A DNA stretch of 63,954 bases, filler included, from Octopus bimaculoides (Eukaryota): NCBI RefSeq assembly GCF_001194135.2. It is 6 parts of 6 records of this genome, joined end to end, with 100 filler letters (N's around TTAATTAATTAA, not from the genome) between each part and the next. Parts side by side here need not be neighbours in the genome. Positions count along the whole stretch, not along the records: positions 57,674 to 61,898 come from NW_026392236.1; positions 61,999 to 63,954 come from NW_026431257.1; 4 more parts are not named here. The stretch is one strand, 5' to 3'. Under the pieces are notes generated by a model that saw only the letters and a program-made list of their open reading frames with translations, made no database searches and was not told the origin of the DNA. The stretch's first letter is position 1. Each line of letters starts with the position of its first letter. This document shows, piece after piece, positions 59,044 to 63,954 of this stretch. The position numbers were made by a program, and so were the translations under genes.

Positions 59044-59158
59044 TGGTTTGTGATGAAAGCACAACATCAGCTAACAATCGAACTTTCTATTGGCCAATGA
59101 CAAAAGTAGGAACTACTGCAGAGATCCCATGTCATGCACATGTAGCCACAAGATACTG
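59044..59158 (+). CDS. Adhesion-GPCR-like gene, HormR (hormone-receptor) domain exon A
   Basis: tcag|TGGTTTGT...TACTG|gttagt; VCDESTTSANNRTFYWPMTKVGTTAEIPCHAHVATRY(C) fits the HormR pattern C..WP.T..G..A..PC...ATR.C; phases 1/2. Confidence 0.8.
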
Positions 59159-60565
59159 GTTAGTTTATTTTGATTTATTTCAACTCAAATTTTGAAGTTT
59201 TTCAGCGCCATCCTATTGTGAGAGAATGTTACTTGGTAGCGTAAATAACAGCTAGATGGATTAACACGATAGAATTAAATGTCCATCGGTTGCAATCTCT
59301 TCTCCCAGCATTTTTACATTTTATACATTATTTGATATGATTTAGCCTTTTCCTAAATACCTAGATTTGCTTTGTTGCCAATATTATACAAAGCTTTCAT
59401 TCCATTCGTTTTTATATTCTGAGTTCAAATTCCGCTAACGTCGAATTTGCATTTAATTTCTTCGGGTCGATGAAATAAATACCTACTGAGTACTGGGATT
59501 GGTGTAAACGACTTATCCCTTTCCCTGAAAATGCTAGCCTTGTACCAAAATTTGAAACCAATATTAGACAAAGCTTTATTGTGGTGAGCTGGCAGAATGT
59601 TATCACGCCGGACAAAATGCTTAGCAGCATTTCTTCCGACTTTACATTCTGCGATCAAATGCCACCAAGGTCGAAATTGCCTTTCATCCTTTCGGGACCA
59701 ATAAAATAAGTACCAGTTAAAAACGGGGGTCTATGTAATCGAACTACCCCCATCCAAAATAGCTGGCCTTGTGCCAACATTTGAAATCAATATTATACAA
59801 AGATTTACAGATTCTTGTAAGTCCCAGAATTTCACAAAATAATTGTAGGGAAGAAGGCACATACCCAGATACAGCCAATAGAATCTATCGGTGATTCAAT
59901 TGGTTTCAGGCAAATATCATTTATTCAAATTTAGCATTACTGTAGAGCTATATATCTTGCTAGTATATGATGGTCATCCTGGGATTTGATTCATCACAGA
60001 CTGTGAAACACGGTCAGTCTTCTGTCATTTCTACCACGTCATTCCACACGTTAAACATCTAAATTGTTCCTCCCAGAGACTGAGCTTTATTAGTTTTAAG
60101 ATAAGTCCACTTGGTGGAATTCCGCAAATCTGTGCATATGTAGGGAAATATACATGAATCCATTAGTGCCGCTGTTGCTACTGATGTCTTTGATGGCGAA
60201 ATATTAGCAAATAATACCCCCATTCAACTTGAACTAACAACCTAATTCCTTAATATTGCATCACCTATACCATTCCAACCAATCTTGTATGAATAATCAT
60301 AAAAACAGCAAATTATTGTAAATCAAAGCAGATGCAGGAATAGTGTTTTTATATCTGAACTCTCGTTAGAAAATATTTTACATTAGTTTTGAGGAAAAGA
60401 ATCAGGAGTAAATAATAGATTTCTCCCCAAATTGCATTACACCATTTATCCTTCTTTCACTAAATTATGAGTTCAAATCACAACCAGATCGAAGGTTTGA
60501 GATTGATGAAATTCCGCTAAGAATGAATAAACTCGACTAGCAATATTTAACATTTATTTTTTCAG

Positions 60566-60735
60566 TTCTCCCAAAATGGTGGGACATCCAGAAATGGCAT
60601 CAAGTCAAAACATGTCAACACGAAAGTGTTCACCGTTTACTGGTATCTGGCAAGAGGCAGACATGTCTCAATGTTACAATACAGAACAGATCACTCAAGG
60701 ACTAAAGGATATCGAAAGTGAAGGCATTGATGAAG
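60566..60735 (+). CDS. Adhesion-GPCR-like gene, HormR end / probable GAIN start, exon B
   Basis: tcag|TTCTCCC...GAAG|gtgagc; the phase-2 join restores Cys; ...TRKCSPFTGIWQEADMSQCYNTEQITQGLKDIESEGIDE (C..G.W...D.S.C, then a helix). Confidence 0.8.
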
Positions 60736-60911
60736 GTGAGCGAGGAAATGTTTTTGAATAACTTTTGCAGTAGTAGAAGTAGCAGGATGAGAAGAAGTAT
60801 GTTTGAGAGTGTCTGTTTAATTACGACCACTCTGGTGGGGTCTGTGAGTGTGTATGTGTGTGTCTTTCTATGTGTGTTCCATTCTGACTATTCTCTGTGT
60901 GTTTATATGTA

Positions 60912-60969
<58 letters not shown>

Positions 60970-61898
60970 TGTAATTACAATGATATATCAAAAGGTGATG
61001 CACCGTATTCTCCCATTTGGGTTCTCCAGTAATGTGTCCATCCTGTTCAACGCCAAATCATTTGTCTAACTTATGGAAACGTTATGAAAGAATTTATTAC
61101 TTTGGAGATCTGAGTTTATTATTGTAATATCGTTAAAACCACGTTTTCGTAAACATTCTACAGACAATCTGAGCAGATAGAGAAGCAGAAAAACAACAGG
61201 GATATTACTGGTACATACACCTGTGCATACACTACGTTGGAGTGGTAGTTGTAGAATATTCAGATATTCAATGACGTACCCTACATGTCTGTTTGTCATA
61301 GAATATAAGCAATTTACTTCTCTCAAATGTTATGGCACTGTAAAATTGAATAGACTTTCATATGCATTTAATGATATGATGATTTCAATTCCTCATTAGA
61401 CCATCATAAACACTTATCAATATTAATCCTTAAATTAGGCGGTGAGTTGGCAGAATCGTTAGCAGACCGGCAAAATGCTTAGCAGTACTTCGTCAGTCTT
61501 TACGTTCTGAGCTCAAATTCCGCCGAGATTGACTTTGCTTTTCATCGTTTCTGTGTCGATAATATAAGCGCCAGTTGAGCACTAGGTCAATGTAATCAAC
61601 TTAACCCCTTCACCGAATATGCTGGTCACGTGCCAATATTTAAAACCTGTATTATTCCTTAGAGCAGTGACCCGATTTGTCTAGATTCACCTTATGATTG
61701 GAAAATAATTTCATTGGTGTTAATGGTTGTTTATGATGGCTAGTGTTTTACAGTTCATTGGATGTCAATGATATACAACACCCATCAAGTGTCTGTTTTG
61801 CTCAACAATAAAGGGTTCCATAGTACTGTGTAGCTCCCTGACTACTCCAGTTAATGCTACAGAGCAGGGGACACTAAGGATGTATAACAATGAGTATA

Positions 61899-61998
61899 NN
61901 NNNNNNNNNNNNNNNNNNNNNNNNNNNNNNNNNNNNNNNNNNTTAATTAATTAANNNNNNNNNNNNNNNNNNNNNNNNNNNNNNNNNNNNNNNNNNNN
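61899..61998. other. Artificial scaffold-join spacer (5 of 5)
   Basis: Identical 100-nt spacer. Confidence 0.95.
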
Positions 61999-62039
<41 letters not shown>

Positions 62040-62641
62040 TAGCTGGACGCATGAAAAGTTCACGGAAAATATAGAAAATGTAAGCATCTGTAAATAGTGT
62101 GCTTGTGCCTTGAGAAATGTTTGTATATTATGACTGTATGTCTTTACGTTCTGAGTTCAAATCCTGCCCAGGTCGACGTTGCCTTTCGTCCTTTCGGGGT
62201 CGATAAATTAAGTACCAGTTGTGTACTGCAGTCGATCTAATCAACTGGCCCCCTCCCCACAAACATTTAAGGCCTAGAAAAGTATATTGTGACTGATATA
62301 GAATATAGAATGTAATGTAACACCAATAGCTATATAATCCAACCAAAATATCTCAGTTACACAAACGTAAACGGAATTAGTATTTAGCTTTAAAATACAT
62401 CGTACATATTCAAAGAACCTTCTTGGTTTAGTGGTACAGAATGTTCTTCTGGTATTCTTTTACTTGTTTTCAGTCACTTGACGGTGGCCGTGCTGGAGCA
62501 CCACTCTTTAGTCGAAGAAATCGACCCCCTGGGACTTATTCCTTGTAAGCCTGTTGCTTATTCTATCAGTTCTTCTGCCGAACAGCTAATTTACGGAGAC
62601 GCAAACACACCAACATCGGTTGTCAACCAATGGTGGTGTGT

Positions 62642-62687
<46 letters not shown>

Positions 62688-63912
62688 GATTCTTTCAATT
62701 TCCATCAACCAAATTCACTCACGAGGCTTTGGTCGGCCCGAGGCCAGAGTAGAAGACATTCTTTAAAGTACTGAGNNNNNNNNNNNNNNNNNNNNNNNNN
62801 NNNNNNNNNNNNNNNNNNNNNNNNNNNNNNNNNNNNNNNNNNNNNNNNNNNNNNNNNNNNNNNNNNNNNNNNNNNNNNNNNNNNNNNNNNNNNNNNNNNN
62901 NNNNNNNNNNNNNNNNNNNNNNNNNNNNNNNNNNNNNNNNNNNNNNNNNNNNNNNNNNNNNNNNNNNNNNNNNNNNNNNNNNNNNNNNNNNNNNNNNNNN
63001 NNNNNNNNNNNNNNNNNNNNNNNNNNNNNNNNNNNNNNNNNNNNNNNNNNNNNNNNNNNNNNNNNNNNNNNNNNNNNNNNNNNNNNNNNNNNNNNNNNNN
63101 NNNNNNNNNNNNNNNNNNNNNNNNNNNNNNNNNNNNNNNNNNNNNNNNNNNNNNNNNNNNNNNNNNNNNNNNNNNNNNNNNNNNNNNNNNNNNNNNNNNN
63201 NNNNNNNNNNNNNNNNNNNNNNNNNNNNNNNNNNNNNNNNNNNNNNNNNNNNNNNNNNNNNNNNNNNNNNNNNNNNNNNNNNNNNNNNNNNNNNNNNNNN
63301 NNNNNNNNNNNNNNNNNNNNNNNNNNNNNNNNNNNNNNNNNNNNNNNNNNNNNNNNNNNNNNNNNNNNNNNNNNNNNNNNNNNNNNNNNNNNNNNNNNNN
63401 NNNNNNNNNNNNNNNNNNNNNNNNNNNNNNNNNNNNNNNNNNNNNNNNNNNNNNNNNNNNNNNNNNNNNNNNNNNNTAATGTATATCGGCTGAATGGACG
63501 TCAGTGATTGGTTGAAATTATCGAAATAAGACAATTTTTTACATGAAATAAATTCGAATACAAAAATATTTTTCTGTTCTATAACACAAAATAGATAAGT
63601 ATACGAAGTTTGAAAGTCTTTCGGTACCAAAAACACTACGTAAAACATTAATGAAAAATGTGGCCCCCGTTTTAAAAAAGATCCGTGGTTTGTAGAGAAA
63701 ACATTAAACGTGCTTGAAGAAAGACATGAAGAACTATGAAAGAAGGCGAAAAAGTACTGGGGCCAGTTTGATAACAACAGCCCATCCCTGCCTGCGCATC
63801 AGTGTTTATCTGGAGGCTTGGCTTCCAGTGAGACCCACAAATGCCGCTGTTAGGACCGGATTAACACCCATAGTAAACCTAACGACTGAAAAGATTTTCC
63901 TGCCCTTATATA

Positions 63913-63954
63913 CAGGGTGTCCACAAAGTCTGGGTACATGGGGATTAACACATA
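63913..63954 (+). mobile_element. Left terminus of another Tc1/mariner-type element (runs off the window)
   Basis: TA|CAGGGTGTCCACAAAG terminus. Confidence 0.55.

Noticed and set aside
57157-60735. Fusion of the claret-like gene with the HormR exons
   Set aside because: Phase mismatch (exon 25 ends in phase 0; the HormR exon starts in phase 1) and an artificial spacer lies between them.
58064-61326. Scattered minus-strand ORF pieces (58064-58327, 59800-60400, 61066-61326) as a nested gene or pseudogene
   Set aside because: Frequent stops, no consistent splice chain and no recognisable family.

Overview
Eukaryotic, repeat-dense, AT-rich draft-assembly sequence. The repeat families and gene style point to an octopus (coleoid cephalopod) genome; this is inference, not verified. 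It is not prokaryotic, and no CRISPR, rRNA or true tRNA gene is seen. Five identical artificial spacers (N44-TTAATTAATTAA-N44) split the window into six joined segments whose adjacency may not be biological. The main gene is a plus-strand, 25-exon partial CDS (33101-57258; 3566 nt, about 1189 codons, all GT-AG with consistent phases). It encodes a WD40-like N-terminus, a helical middle region and a seven-blade RCC1 propeller, most like Drosophila claret / C. elegans GLO-4; both ends are missing. Also present are two exons of an adhesion-GPCR-like gene (HormR domain into the start of GAIN, 59044-60735) and a signal-peptide first exon (6689-6746). The rest is tRNA-derived SINEs, LINE remnants (zinc-finger RTE, BovB-like RTE, Tx1/L1, probable R4/Dong and CRE), a Tc1/mariner DD37D remnant, piggyBac- and hAT-type MITEs, and mini/microsatellites. 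The best leads are: minimal hammerhead-ribozyme-like motifs in two Penelope-type repeat families, a SINE 3' tail shared with a Tx1 LINE, a perfect 57-bp intronic fold-back, composite tandem piggyBac MITEs, and the claret-like gene as a candidate pigment-granule factor.
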